Source: Balanoglossus misakiensis | Taxonomy: Eukaryota > Animalia > Hemichordata | Length of the DNA stretch: 64,000 bases | Assembly: GCA_040954595.2 (NCBI GenBank) | Contig: CM082596.2 | Span: 5,344,791-5,408,790, forward strand | Direction of reading: 5' to 3' | Part shown: positions 28,301 through 41,638 of the stretch, piece by piece | Layout of the letters: each line of letters opens with the position of its first letter | Position numbering within the stretch: position 1 is the stretch's first letter | Position numbers and translations under genes: made by a program | The notes under the pieces: generated by a model | The model's input: only the letters and a program-made list of their open reading frames with translations | What the model was told of the DNA's origin: nothing | Databases searched by the model: none

Positions 28301-31300
28301 GAAGCCATGCATAGCAACCAACGCGCGCATTGAATCAGTTAGGGTGACTTTGCGCTCTGCAAGAACAATGTGTTACCTTGGTAATCCAAACGATAAGTTC
28401 CAAAGATTGAGTTGTCTTCATTTCCCGAGTATAGGAGAATGTACGAAACATTCATAGGTATTTCTAGAAGTTCGAAGGAAGCAACAGATTGGTACACGAC
28501 CAGCAGGTTACCATTGCCGTCATACACCGACACATTGTCGCCACTTCTCAACTCCAGCTCGGTAAATCTCAAATGCATGATGGTACCTTCAGGCGTAGAT
28601 ATCTCCGTTGTATATTCGAGGTTGAGTGGGTACGGATACGGGTACATGGGAGAAAATACTGTACCGTTATAACCGCTGACAGATTCCGTAGTTGAAACTA
28701 ATTTACCTTGGGAAAATAAGAAGGGAACGATACAGAAAAATGACTGGAGACGTTACTTGTTTTTATAATTTTTTTTTGTCCACCAAATCATATGTAATTT
28801 GCAATTTTAGCTAAAATAGTGAAAACATGTGCAACCAACTGTTTCTGTGAATAATTTTGCAAATCTTACCTTCAAAGTATAGCTCAAAATATCCAGACCC
28901 ATGTGTGGCTCTCCAATATGAATCAAGCTGCACTAACATTGAATTTTCTGTTGTGTTAAATTCGTCGCCATAATCATCACCACGTTCATATGTTTTAAAT
29001 GGAGTTTGATCATCTCCATCGAAAATGCTAATGAGATCAAACTTATCAAGTGACAGTTCCTCAAATTTACCCACGACTATAGTTCCACTCGGACAGTGAA
29101 TTGTCCAAGTAAACGTAGAAGCTCTCGGGTAATTATATTTCGGGTGCCCTGGTGAGTACACAGTGCCATTCCGTCCGTATATGTCACCGCCTTTACCACC
29201 TATTGCTGTAATACAAACAGACAAACAAACAAAGTTAACAATGAAACATTCAGACAAACAAACAAACAAATCAATAAAAAGCCCGGTCATACTTTGGTCA
29301 TATGAAAATTATGTCCCATTTTATGCGAATCGGGGCATTTTTTTTATAAAATAGGCTCTACCTCTGGCCAGACAATGAAAACACATTACTATGTATTTTG
29401 CATTTTCACCAGCGGAAATACGGACCCAGCACTTCTATGACGGAAAATGATACAGAGGCAATGCAGACGCTGTACGTGTGATAAATCATTCCACTTTACC
29501 TTGAAATTCAAATTGAAAAACACACGATTCTCGTTCATATCCGTTTGAATCAGCATGTCCTCGCAAAGTCACCCAAATGCCATTTGATGTTGAACTATAT
29601 ATTTTAAGCTCAGGACGCTCGTCATTGGTAAAGCGCCCTATGTCTGCTACGCCATTGCTGTGACTGTTTCCCATTTCGACGAAATCTTCATCGTATCGCA
29701 AATTGAAGTCCTTAAACCTTGATACTATAATACTTCCTTGAGGAGTACTTATTGTCCAATTACACATACCACCTTTCACGTACGAGTCGGGATAAAACGG
29801 AGATGAAATTACACCCTCCGTCGCTTCGATTTCGCCACCACATGCTTGAAGTTGCCATGGCAGGAGAAATGGAGAAATAATGTTTATTTAAAATGAAATA
29901 ACAATGTTGCATTTTACACACAAATACGGATCGCTATCAAAAAGTGAGGGTCAAATTGAATGTACAAGTGCCATCTTTAATGTATGATTCGTGATAAAAC
30001 GGAGATTGAATTTCACCACTCGTTGCTTCAATTTCACCGCCACATGCTAACATCACGGCATGAGAAAAGGGAAAATAATCAATTCACTTCAAATAATACA
30101 TAGCAATTTACACACAAAATACCGATCGCATGTAAAAACTCGAAATTTGTTGGTCAAAATTGATGTACACAACGTCGTTCACGTTGAAAAAATAAAATCT
30201 ACTGTCATGCCAGCACCATTCTGATTGCTGGAACGGTTGACTTTGACCTGTGACATGTCCTGTGTTGTCTATGGGAAATGCCCATATTAATCCATGGGCA
30301 TAACATACATGTACTTCAAGTACTTACTTTGGTTATATAGGCGCATGATACAAACTTTTTTTGCTGATTTGGGGTATTCTCAAACTTACTACATACATGT
30401 ATAAATTTGCAAACTTACCTGTAAAAGATAAAGTGAAGGACCACTTGTCGTCCATTATTTCAGGGGAATATATTCGAACCCACATTGCATTAGTTGATGT
30501 ATATTTTACATGTATGAACTCGTTATTGTTTGGACAATCCGTGTCTGTGTAATTTCCAATTATCGGTTCGTTGACATTGTCTCCATCCCGGATCTCGATG
30601 TAACTTGATTTGCGCAATTTACAGTCAAGAATTTTGGATGTGACTGTTGATTTCTCATTGGTGTAAATTGTCCAGGTGCATTCATTGGTCTGCATTGAAG
30701 CATCTCCGGTGAAAGCAATTGTTCCGTCGTCTTCGTGAATTTCGCCTCCACATATTGCATCTAGATTTAATTTCAAGTAAATATCCGGTGAATGAACAAA
30801 GGAGACGTTTGAAATAAAAAGTCCACATAAACATCCCATAGCAGTATAAGAAACGTTCACACAAATATAGATCCACAAAATGTTGGACTTTACACAAATT
30901 TTCATTTGCGACATCGAGGTAAATAAATATACAAACATCGTCAAAGGCGATGAATTCTGCTCCCCCATTAGTTCGCTGTAAGTATATAGACTTGCCTTCG
31001 CAATGTTTACTCTTTCTCGCCCACTATGCAAGTAACCACGTTTGTTTCAGGTACGTGGCAGCAACAATAAGAGACGGAGACGTCACGGGGTACTAAAGAA
31101 TGGTAGATTCCGCTGACCATTTATGGCTACACGGACTTATCGACAACATCACAACAGAGGTGCACCCACAAGTTTATAAAGTCCACGTATGAGGCCCCGT
31201 AGTCACAATCTTTAATTCAACCAGTTGAACAGACTCAAAGAAATTAATTCGAAATTCACACGAAACTACTCAACCTTACCTTCGCAACTGGATGGCCGTG

Positions 31301-31343
31301 CTAGCACGGAGCAAACGACCAAGACGACAGTGAAGAGGAACAT
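25348..31343 (-). CDS. Type I transmembrane protein with 4 CUB-like and 4 CCP/Sushi domains and a long Tyr-motif cytoplasmic tail; 12 exons, ~1007 aa
   Basis: Signal exon 31280-31343 (MFLFTVVLVVCSVLARPSSCE). CUB exons 30419-30760, 29500-29844, 28870-29205, 28377-28706. CCP exons 28008-28193, 27550-27726, 27240-27413, 26764-26943. Linker 26568-26594. TM exon 26323-26395 (IVSLILLILAAVIGGIVIVLFCRR). Tail 25348-26137. Domain exons are phase 1-1 and the total of 3024 nt stays in frame. Confidence 0.88.
29961..30170 (-). pseudogene. Truncated CUB pseudo-exon with its upstream intron segment, paralogous to the start of CUB exon 2
   Basis: Acceptor TTAG| before 30046, then CGGEIEATSGEIQSPFYHESYIKDGTC versus CGGEIEATEGVISSPFYPDSYVKGGMC in the real exon. 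The frame runs into a stop after ~36 codons. Flanking intron 30047-30170 resembles 29845-29966. Confidence 0.75.
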
Positions 31344-32960
31344 GGTGTCCAGCTTACATGGCGAGAAACCCCAACAATAAACCCCAGACCAGTTCCTGGT
31401 TCAGAGGTCGCATAGAAATTCAAATTTACATGTTATGCAGATAACACGATGATCTCTGCCTCTGTCCTTATTGGAGAGACAAAAGCAGTCGAAGAGTGTT
31501 CCTGTTTTAACCATTCAATCCTCTCGCACCATGGTAACCTAAAATCGACTCAGCACGTATTGCCAGTATCAGTGGATGAGAAGTACAACAACATGTGACA
31601 GATAAAAATCTGATTGTTTCTTTCCATGTTTCAGTAGACTTGTTCGCCAGTGATAAGACATGTGGTCAGACTAGAATTTCAGTTCAAAAAGTTGAAGTTA
31701 TTTTGTCGGGCAAGTTCTTCTTTGTAAAACAAGTAAAAATCAGGATAAATTTAGTTGGCACAGAGAAACAGATTTTTGCCTTATGGACACGCTGGTATCG
31801 AGGCAACAGAAAACTTTAATTAGGTGAGGTGACATTAATTTTAATAATTGTCATAACGACCCCAATAAAGTCATAAACGCACATACAATAAACGCCAAAG
31901 CCTTGTGTATAGTCGATCTCCGATGCGACCTTTGATATTTGCACCAACTACCAACTTATGTGACGAAATGAGATTGTACATTATATGAGAGATTTGTTTT
32001 ACTTGAGAATGGTAGGATTATACCCTAAATATTTATATCCGGTTTTGAATTTGTCTTAGTACTGAATGTTTCAACTTTGCGCATTTACAACTTTGAACTC
32101 GATGGTAGCGGTCACCAAACTGATCTGAATCTGTTAATATTTGACTGTCCTGTTCGGCAAAGCATAAAAACATCCATCAGACTTTGTTCAGTGTCCTAAG
32201 GTTTGTTGATTCCACACCAGACTGGCCGTTTAAACACTCGCAGTCAGATAAAGCGATAAAAGACAGGCAGATGACGGAAGAAAATGTGATATTTTCAGTA
32301 TTGCGCCGCGCCGTTGACTATATGCATATAACTTCTATGGCGCGGGTTCAAAGGGAATTTTTTGCAGTGATTGCATGGACCACAAGTTGTGAGGAATGGT
32401 AAAGAAAGCATAGGACGGCACACTTTTATTTCACAAGGAGAAATCGCGGCACTCTAAATTAACTACCACAGTTAGATCAAATCCGAATACAATTCAACTC
32501 AGTATTATAATACTATCACACACAAATCACATCTATTAAAATGTTGATTCTGTGGAAACGTGAATTCAAAGAAATATTCCAAAAGCTATGAAAACACCAA
32601 CAATAAACTCACAGTACGGTGTGAAAGTGATCAGTTTTCCTTGAAAATGTGGGTACGGGAAAATATAGAAATAATGTGTAAAAGGTAAAAAAACTAGTAC
32701 AATAATATTTGTTCCAGGCCATCAAAAATGAATCCATGTGTCAAATGTCTGATTTTTTCAGTGAGCTTTCTTTCATTATATATCTTGGTCTATCGAGATG
32801 TCCAATACATTTCGTAGAGCTTTTATATATACTATCAGTACGCAGACAAGAACTAACTATTAAAGACTTTTGCAATTCAATGTTTATTACAGCAACCGAT
32901 CCCATTTGTTTTTAAACAAGTACGGTTGGTTACATGGCCGACTTCGGATATATCCTCACC

Positions 32961-35900
32961 TCAAATAGAGAAGTCTTCATCAACAATGATCGGGGTGACC
33001 TTGGATGATTGTTTGGTGGCCTGTGGCAAACAAACAAACAAACAAATAATATTGCGAAGATTCCGTACCACAGCAGCGACTGACTTGAACTCCAATTGAA
33101 TTGAATTGATTGACGTGGACATATGCAATACAATACCATACAATACAATGAAAGGGCATTCTTACCTCTGTGAACACGTTTCTTATGGCGCTGGACTTCT
33201 GTTTCACCTTGTTCTCTTTCACTTTCAGTCGTTGTTTTATCTCCTTCACCCGTTCCCTGTTTCGCCTCCTCGCGTCGAACCGAGCGTTCTCCGTCTCCTT
33301 CACCTCGGCCAAAGCCGCCTTGTAATCTTCGTCGTTCTCGAAGTGGATTCGTATTGCAGTCACCATCTGCGGCCAAAACCAGGTGACATTAGCACGTGAA
33401 CGCAGGGACGAGGTTTCCTCTGCGGTGGGCGCCATCTAGTATCGTAATAGTCGACAACCTTTCGTTTGAGAGTAGCTACTCCTTACTTGTGCGCTTTATT
33501 TTTTAGAAATTGTGTCTCGCGATTCTGAAACGGTAAACTTACCTCGGAATTTGTCGCACAAGCTGACAAGAACACGTCTGATGCCTGATGGGGAAAAGTT
33601 GAAGCAAGCATGCTACAATTAGCAATTTTGATTAGTATAAGTACTTTTTCACAAGCGACTTCTCAGTAAATCCAAGCACCTCAAAATGTTCTACTGCGCT
33701 CATCATCCAATGATTTGTAAACAGGAATACTAATATCTGAACACACTTACAAACACAAACGACGCAAAGGCAGTGGTGTAATACCCAAGCATGGGATCAT
33801 CGGTCGCTGCCGTGTACACACTGGAAATCCAACAGGTCGTGGCCGCCAGCAGAAATTGCATCACTGACCTCAGTTCTTCCCTGAAAAGTTAATCAAATAT
33901 TACAGTCTAGCATTTTATTATTGGTAGACATGGAAAGTTTCTATACACATGTCGGCTGCTAAAACAAACCCAACCAATGTTAGATGTTCTCTGAAATTAT
34001 CACTTTTGAGATCCACCTACAGTACCTTATGGATAATTTTAATTTTCGCAACCTATGCACGCTACAAAATGAACCGAACAATCTCCGTCGTCTTTTTCGT
34101 CGAGCCGAGGGGCTCGTGAACTGAAACAAAATGGCGTACAAACCAGAATTGGCGCCATTCCTCTGGTTCGTATTTCTTCTTCTCGTTGGTGTATATGTTG
34201 TGCGTGTAAGTCAGGCAGCACACACTCACCTGTAAAAACCAAAAAAGTAAAGGCAATTTCATAATACTTCGGTTCTCAACCGTTCTTCGTATTATATGAT
34301 TCTCAGGCGAAGAGATTTATGTTATTCGCTCATCAGATAACGACAGATATGATAATCAATTATAATTTTCCAAATCCAAGACGCAGAGTCTTGCATTCCA
34401 TTTCATTCCCATATCTTTCCACGCGCCGCGATTAACTGATGCAAAAACTGGTATGGAAAATGAATTATTGGACCAATACGTACAAACGCTACTTTCTGTT
34501 TGGTAACTATTTTTCAGTGGGTATGTAATAACGCCTTACCAAGATTGTCACGACCGAAATAGCAGAGAGCATCTTGATTGTCGGGATCTCGATGCTGGAC
34601 CAACAACTGTAGGATATAAACCCATACATGGCGTTATGATAAGAAAACGACGTGTTACTCATTTTACATTTTAAAAACCAGGGTTATGTTTCTGCTAAGT
34701 TTCATTTTTTCTCTCTCGCAAAGTTGGAAAGTATCTCAAAATTCTAATCATGCAGTACGGTACCTTGCGACACCAGTGACGTCCTGTCCAATCGACGACA
34801 GAATGCAATACAGAACGGCAGGCACTGCAAATCCCGTCAAGAAGTATGCAAATCTAAGGGGAAAAGAAATGACGTCATCATGTTGGTTGAGATAATTTTA
34901 ATATTTAAAAAAAAATTCTCTGTTTTTTTAAGCGTATACCCTGGAGATTTAAGTGTGAGAAATGGCAGTAAAAACTGGTGTACATACTTGGCACCGGTGC
35001 TGGTGTGTCTGTACAAAGCCAAGCGCAGGTAAACCTCGATTGAAAGGTTCATGGTCCAGGCTAAGTTGACGAGATGGGTGACCTGGATCCCGAGAGCAAT
35101 CTTCGCGCACTCTGCCTACAAAGTGAAGAGCGCCTGATGAACATAGTGTGTGCAACATTGTGATATACAAAAACGTTTCCGAGCCCTGTGATAAGTTGAC
35201 GTCCATCAGTAGGAAACGGTGCATCTCATGTATATCTGTATACGTTATGCAGTTATGCGAAATTAAAATGAGCTATTAACGTGTACCAAGTTACCAACAC
35301 ATACTTCTTTGTTTAATTCTGCCGACTGTGTACGTTGGCCTCGATCGTACAGGTTGGTTAAAAGTTTCGTTAGAAAGGTAAGTTATACGACCATGTTTTT
35401 TTTAAATTTCCTTATTGATTAATTGGTTCGTTCATTAGTTCATTTACCCCTTGATTAATTGATATAGCCATTTATTGATCCATCCATCCATCAATCCACC
35501 CACCCACCCACCCACGTTAATGTTATTTTATCATTAGACGATAAATATCAAATCCTTACCGAGTTACTCTCTGTGAATAAGCTCACGATGTTCAATGTTG
35601 GCATAGGAATGAACGACAAGACAGACAGCCAAAGGACAATGTACCTGTCTGTGGTATATCTGAAAGAGTCAAAGTTGATGATGAAGATCGGGTCAATATT
35701 TAACCCCTAGGACGTCACATTTCCTCTGTCCAAATGTGGTTCAACATTTTAAACATTTTCATCCATTTTTCAGTCATTTTATTTAGACCAAGTGGACGTA
35801 ATTTTCCATCAAAATGTAATTACAAAATGTCATTACTTCACCAACCTAGACAGAGTGATGAAAGTCAATGCCAACACCAGCATCAGAATAGACAAGGCAT

Positions 35901-38900
35901 GGCCGATCAGCGCGATTGTCTTCTTGCTGGCAACTGTGAAGGGCTTCGGGGAGAGGGGAAACAATTTAGCAGTTTAATACATGGCTTCTGAATAATAAAT
36001 GGCGCCGGCCACCGCATATAACAAACAAAATGCAACAGTGAACATGAAGAATGAATTACACGCAAGTGTCACCTTGGTGACTTATGTTGTATTTTTACAG
36101 CGTTGACGGCTCGAGCGTTTTCATTCTCATAAGTGCTTTGGGGAATGATTTCCCAAGGGAGGGAACCGCCTGACTCGATATTAGTTCCAGCGAATCATCG
36201 CTGAAGATAAATGGATCCTATTCTTACAAGATGTTTTAAAATAGGAGCAAAGGCGACCCATTTGTTGTTCGAATAATGGGCAGTAATGTTCCGCGGGTGA
36301 CGTCGTGTTAGTTTTGATCCCGGACAGGGCGCCTACACGAGAAGCGAATGAACGCGCTCAATCATCCATCCACAAGTATCGCGCGTATCAAGGAGGGTCT
36401 TACCTCAGATGGCTGCCCCATTGTCATGACAACTGCATACTTCCCAGGTTCATAGCATTCGCATTCGGAATAATCGCTGGAGACCGCTTCCGCCAATTTG
36501 CATTTCTCCATATTCCATATGCTGTGCATAATAAACGGAATGTAAAATAATATTTGCATAAAGAGAGAGCGTTCAAAATGTAGCTAATGTTATACTGCCA
36601 TGACGTAGTTAATAAAAAAAAGCCTTCAGGGAACAGACCTAGCATAGCTGCCGTACACCATTTGGGCACACTTGGCATCATATCCCTCCTACAAGAAAAG
36701 AAAAAAGAATCGATGTATAATGTTGTTTTTGGATGCGTGCCATACATCCATCCATCCATCTACACATACATGTATATTACATACATACTCCAGCCGGAGT
36801 TTTGTCCGAAACAAAGTTAGCAAAGTCATCTTACATGTTTATGGGTAAACGTCAATGTCAGACTGCCGAGATTCTGGGCGTTTCCCGTGCTCGAGTAAAC
36901 CACCACGGAAACCACGGCCGAGTTCACCTTTTTAACCTTCGTCACGGCGGTTATCGTCGACACCCATCCTCTTGATTCCCTTAAGCGAAGAAGAGAAAAA
37001 GAGTACATTTTCTGGTTTACTGACCGCCAGCATGCAGTTTGGCATAACACGTTATCAAGGGGACGCAAGTTCTCCGCTCAACAGGTGGTCTGTTCTAATA
37101 CTAGCGCGTGGATTAATTTTGCTCTGGTGGAAGTCATTGCGATAGACTTGATTGAAGATGGCAAGACTGAATGAATTCTTTTGGGGTGGGCAATCAATTT
37201 CTACCTACATCTTCCTATAATACCATCCATGCATACGTGATTCAAACCCTTTGAAAGATACAATACAACACCTGTACAATTAAAAGCAATTACTAGTATT
37301 TACCTTACTTTCCCATTTCCAGTCGGTAAGATGTCGCCAAGGTTACGATACACATAAACAACCGCCACAGTCGAATCTGAAAAATGATACGTCTTGAAAA
37401 TGCAACTTGTACTGGGTGTGGCGCGCGCTCTTACGTGTAACAACATGATGGATGGCAAATAGCAAAAAGATTTCATCTGGCAAATAATCGTACGGAGCTA
37501 AACATTTCTCTCTCTCTCTTTACCTCCCCCCCCCCCCCCTCGTATCTCTCTCAAACGTTTACATACTTGAATAGTCTGCCAGCACATTGGAGGGAACAAG
37601 CGCTTCGGAATCCGCGTCTCCCATATCTGAGACGCTCCTCGCCACGCGCGAGTGCTCTACATGGCGGACAACCACACTTTCCATCTCATCTGTGCAGTTG
37701 CCTATCACGCACGCTTGATACTCTGGAGTAAATGAAAACGAACACGAATAAAACAACACCATAGGACCTGAACCATGGCAAATGGAAGAATTTGACAGGT
37801 GTAAATAGCTGTGTCATAAAGCCACTGTTTTCAGCAGAGTCATCATTTCGTACAATTCCATTGTCCGTGCGTGTCTCATACTGTAAAACATGTCTTTTTA
37901 GCTAGCATGTTATTTTAGCTAATAAAGCTAAACTATTCCCTACATTTACCACGGTTGAGCTTTCTTAATAGCTAAACTACAAATCCGCTAAATGTACTGA
38001 AAATCTAAATTCGCTAATTCAAAGTGTTTTACAGCAGTTTGTCGAAGACTTACCTATATTTTTGTATCTCACGTACACAGAGCCGTTGAGTTCTCGGACA
38101 AAATTACTGACGTCTGAGTCGAAGCGCTCCAGGGATTGAAATACCGCAGCGGCTCCGTAAGGAACCCCCTTGTTCTGCGAATGCAAAGAAAGATATAGGG
38201 TGTTTATGTGGTGCAGCGCGTACCTCGATTGGTGAGATGCAGAGGTCTGAAAACGTTGATAACAGTCACATATAGCCATCCATGAGACTTGTATAAGTCC
38301 ATGTCATAACAGAATGTCCACAGCATTACAGGGTTCTATCAAATGTTTATAACTGATTACCTCATGGATTTGAGTCCAGTGGTTTTCGTTGGTCTCATCC
38401 AGCAAATAGTTGACCACTTTCACAAAGCCCTGTCGACAAAATTGAGAAAATCGTGAAAATGTGTGCCGTGCTGCCGTGTACCGTTCCTATGCATGCGCAT
38501 GTATATGTGTCTACGGGTCTAAGTCTTCAAGGTGTAGTATAGTATAGGCAGCAGTCTATGGTTCAAGCCACGGGGAACTTTCAACGTTGATAAAGGTCTC
38601 ACAATATCACCCTCCCGACTCACCAGTGAAAATCGTTTGTTGATTCCAACGTCATCGCTCAAGTTCAACGGCTTCCGGTCGAGAACCTCATTCATGATTT
38701 CGACGGCCTTGAGCAAGTCGCCTCCGAGAACGATGTCGTTCAGAAGAAGGACGCTTTCGATTTCTTCGACAACTTCGAGGGCGTCGTCAGTGGTAGCTAT
38801 TTCCTTTGCCTATTAGTAAAAAAGTGGCAATGACGTCATTATTTCCATCACAATCTTTCAGCCACACAGAATTTTAGTTCTCCCCAATTTAGGGCCACAG

Positions 38901-40685
38901 ATTTTTATAAGTTTTGAGTCAGATTGGGTGTCTTACCTTGCGAGAAATGTTCTCTGCTCTTTCATTGCTGCAATATGTTGTATCGACTTCACCCCATTCG
39001 CCATTACTACCGCACGTACGCCGGGAATTGCCTTCAAATAGATCAAATCACATTTTCCGTGACGGTTTTTCTTAATTATTATAGAATATAAACGTTTTCG
39101 GTCATACCTACCCACCTATACCTACAAAGCTATCTTTCTCGACCCATTCAATAGACCGTTTTCAAAACTCCACGAAACCCCGCGAGATCTGCATCTATTA
39201 TAGTTTCATACAAAACTTGACTTGTATTAATACTTGGTGCGCATACTATAACCTTACTAATTAAGAAGTTGTCCTAGGATTATTTTAACACTACATTGTA
39301 AATATCACTCACCGGTAGTTCGTGGGGGGCACTGCATCCAGTTAGTGTCACAACTTGCTTTAGTTTCGGGCCAAGTGACGTTGGTCACCGGATCGAACTC
39401 TGCCTTACAGGTTACATCACCACCGACTGCGATGGAATATATAGAAAAACAACTTCGTGACAATGTACGTACACAGATGATAAGCATATGATAGACGGAT
39501 TGCGAAAAAAGCACTATTACTAGTAAGTGGAAGGATTGTTTGTTTCTATATTCCGTGAGGATGACATCTCCACTTACCAAGGCTGCATTCGCCGTTATCT
39601 GGCTCCACATTGACGTCGGGAACGCATCTCTGATCTCGACCGGTGCGGACAAAATCTGGCCGGCAGTCGCACGTGAAGCTGCCCTCCGGGTCATTCAGGC
39701 AAACCTCGTTGTCGTTGTCGAAGTCACAGTCGTGCGTTCCTCGGGAGCATTCGTCGATGTCTGCGGAAATAAATCCACGAAAAAAAAGGGGGAAATTAAT
39801 GCGGACCATGTCGCGATAAACTTTGCAGAGCCAGACAAATTTTGAATATTGTGAAAAGCCCGTAGTTGAGACATACCGATGCACGAATAGTTGCCGATCA
39901 ATGTCCCATCCACGCATCCAACATCCCCGGTAACGCCCTCCTGCATTTCCCACCCGTCCGAGCACGTGACAATCCAAGTTGTCCTGTCAGGCATCATTAC
40001 AGAGTCATAACCATCGATTTCATCCAGTCTGCACGCTGGAAATAAATAACAAGGCGGGGAGACATTTTTGAGAAATTCAACAAGAATTTTGACGACATCA
40101 CATAGCAACACAATTTGCTTATTTACCGATCGTACACAAATGACCACCCCGAGATGCTCTATTTTCCCGTGCCCACCACTGAAAATTGTGATTGGCAAGA
40201 TCTAAAATGGTTCATGTATGACCTGCGTTTTTAGACTTAGAAAACTAAATATAGCTTAGCAGACACTGAATGCACGCAGAACACAAAAAATGGAACTTGT
40301 AAGTATTATTACCTTTATTACCTGTTGAGGGACAGGTCATATAATTACTAATATCACAGCAATCAGTGTCTGTGCCATCCACATCAGCACACAGCTTCTT
40401 ATAGGATACACAGTTCAGCTCATCCGCAATGACGTCAGCCTTAAATTCGACCATCACGTCTCCTGAATCGGCTGAAGGGTTATGATCGTAGGGTGGAAAC
40501 CGGGCAGACGTTGTAGCCGAACCCGTCTGGTCAGAGTCAGCGAGGAAGAGAAAGAGTTCAATTTCTTCGATGTCCGCAACGTTTGTCAAATTGATCGACA
40601 ATGACAGTGACGTATTGGAGTATGTGTTTATCTTGACAGAATCAGGCGATAATACCTTGAAGGTGCCGTCCGTGATGCTCACTGA

Positions 40686-40777
<92 letters not shown>

Positions 40778-41638
40778 CATCGTATCGCTGTATTCTGCTG
40801 ACAAAGATGTCAAAATATTGAAAGACAGCTAAATACACACAACAAATAAAAAACTTGATAAATACTGCACCTTTCAATAAAACTTACAACGCCTTTTGAA
40901 TGAACTGTGATAACTGTGGTTGAATTTACATATATTTCTCAATTCACTGCCATTTTTCATATAAATGTTCGTTTATCAAAAAGACACAATTCTATATCGG
41001 CAATTAGCATTACTATTTGCCTTTTTAAACGGCATTTAAAAAACACGAAGCACAAACAGTACACGGTGGATTGCGTGTTCATCGACGCTAAAAATACAGA
41101 CGGTCAAAATGGGACAACAAAGTAATCCGTCACAATCCTATACCTTGTACTATTTTATTATGTACTTGTTGCTTAGGAAACACACATACAACATAAGCAA
41201 TTAACTATAGCCATACAAGGCAAACCAGACAGAAATTCCACTTCTGAAAATTATCTCCGCAGTGTTCCATTCTCGCCGGCTTTCACTCATGTTCTATTAA
41301 AATTAAAGCATTTTAACAAATAGTTCTTGTCGTCCAGTACGCGTGAGTTCTCGCTCGGCTTGCCTTTTAGCTGAACGACGAGACGGGACAAAAATTACCC
41401 GCTGAAGTCATGCTTCTCACGATAACTGTTACACCGGATAGCGCAGATAACGTTAATCTGGGATAACTCGCAAGTGTCTATGAAACACACTTCCATAAAA
41501 TGATCCATAGTCACACAAAAGAAAGTTAATGCTATTCCCTGCCCACTTACCCTGAGCTTCAAGTTGCTGTATAGACAGAAACAAAACCAGGACTATTTTG
41601 TACACCAATATTGCTGACGCGCGAGCGCGAACGGCCAT
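32961..41638 (-). CDS. Adhesion G protein-coupled receptor (unassigned N-terminal domain, CCP-like, EGF-Ca, HRM, GAIN/GPS, 7TM); 24 exons, ~972 aa
   Basis: Signal exon 41551-41638; 40322-40681; CCP-like 39877-40035; EGF-Ca 39578-39760 (DIDEC); HRM 39313-39426 and 38937-39031 (WPET...CP...RTCGSNGEW). GAIN: 38624-38809, 38361-38429, 38054-38174, 37567-37722, 37304-37376, 36835-36979, 36639-36688, with GPS at 36404-36521. TM exons: 35846-35943, 35560-35659, 34988-35115, 34764-34853, 34540-34606, 34144-34229, 33751-33880, 33543-33584. Tail: 33166-33366 and 32961-33020. The total of 2919 nt stays in frame. Confidence 0.85.
40687..40774. repeat. (ATCA)22 tetranucleotide microsatellite abutting a splice acceptor of the adhesion GPCR
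   Basis: Perfect ATCA run of 88 nt. On the coding (minus) strand it reads (TGAT)n-TTCAG|exon. Confidence 0.95.
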
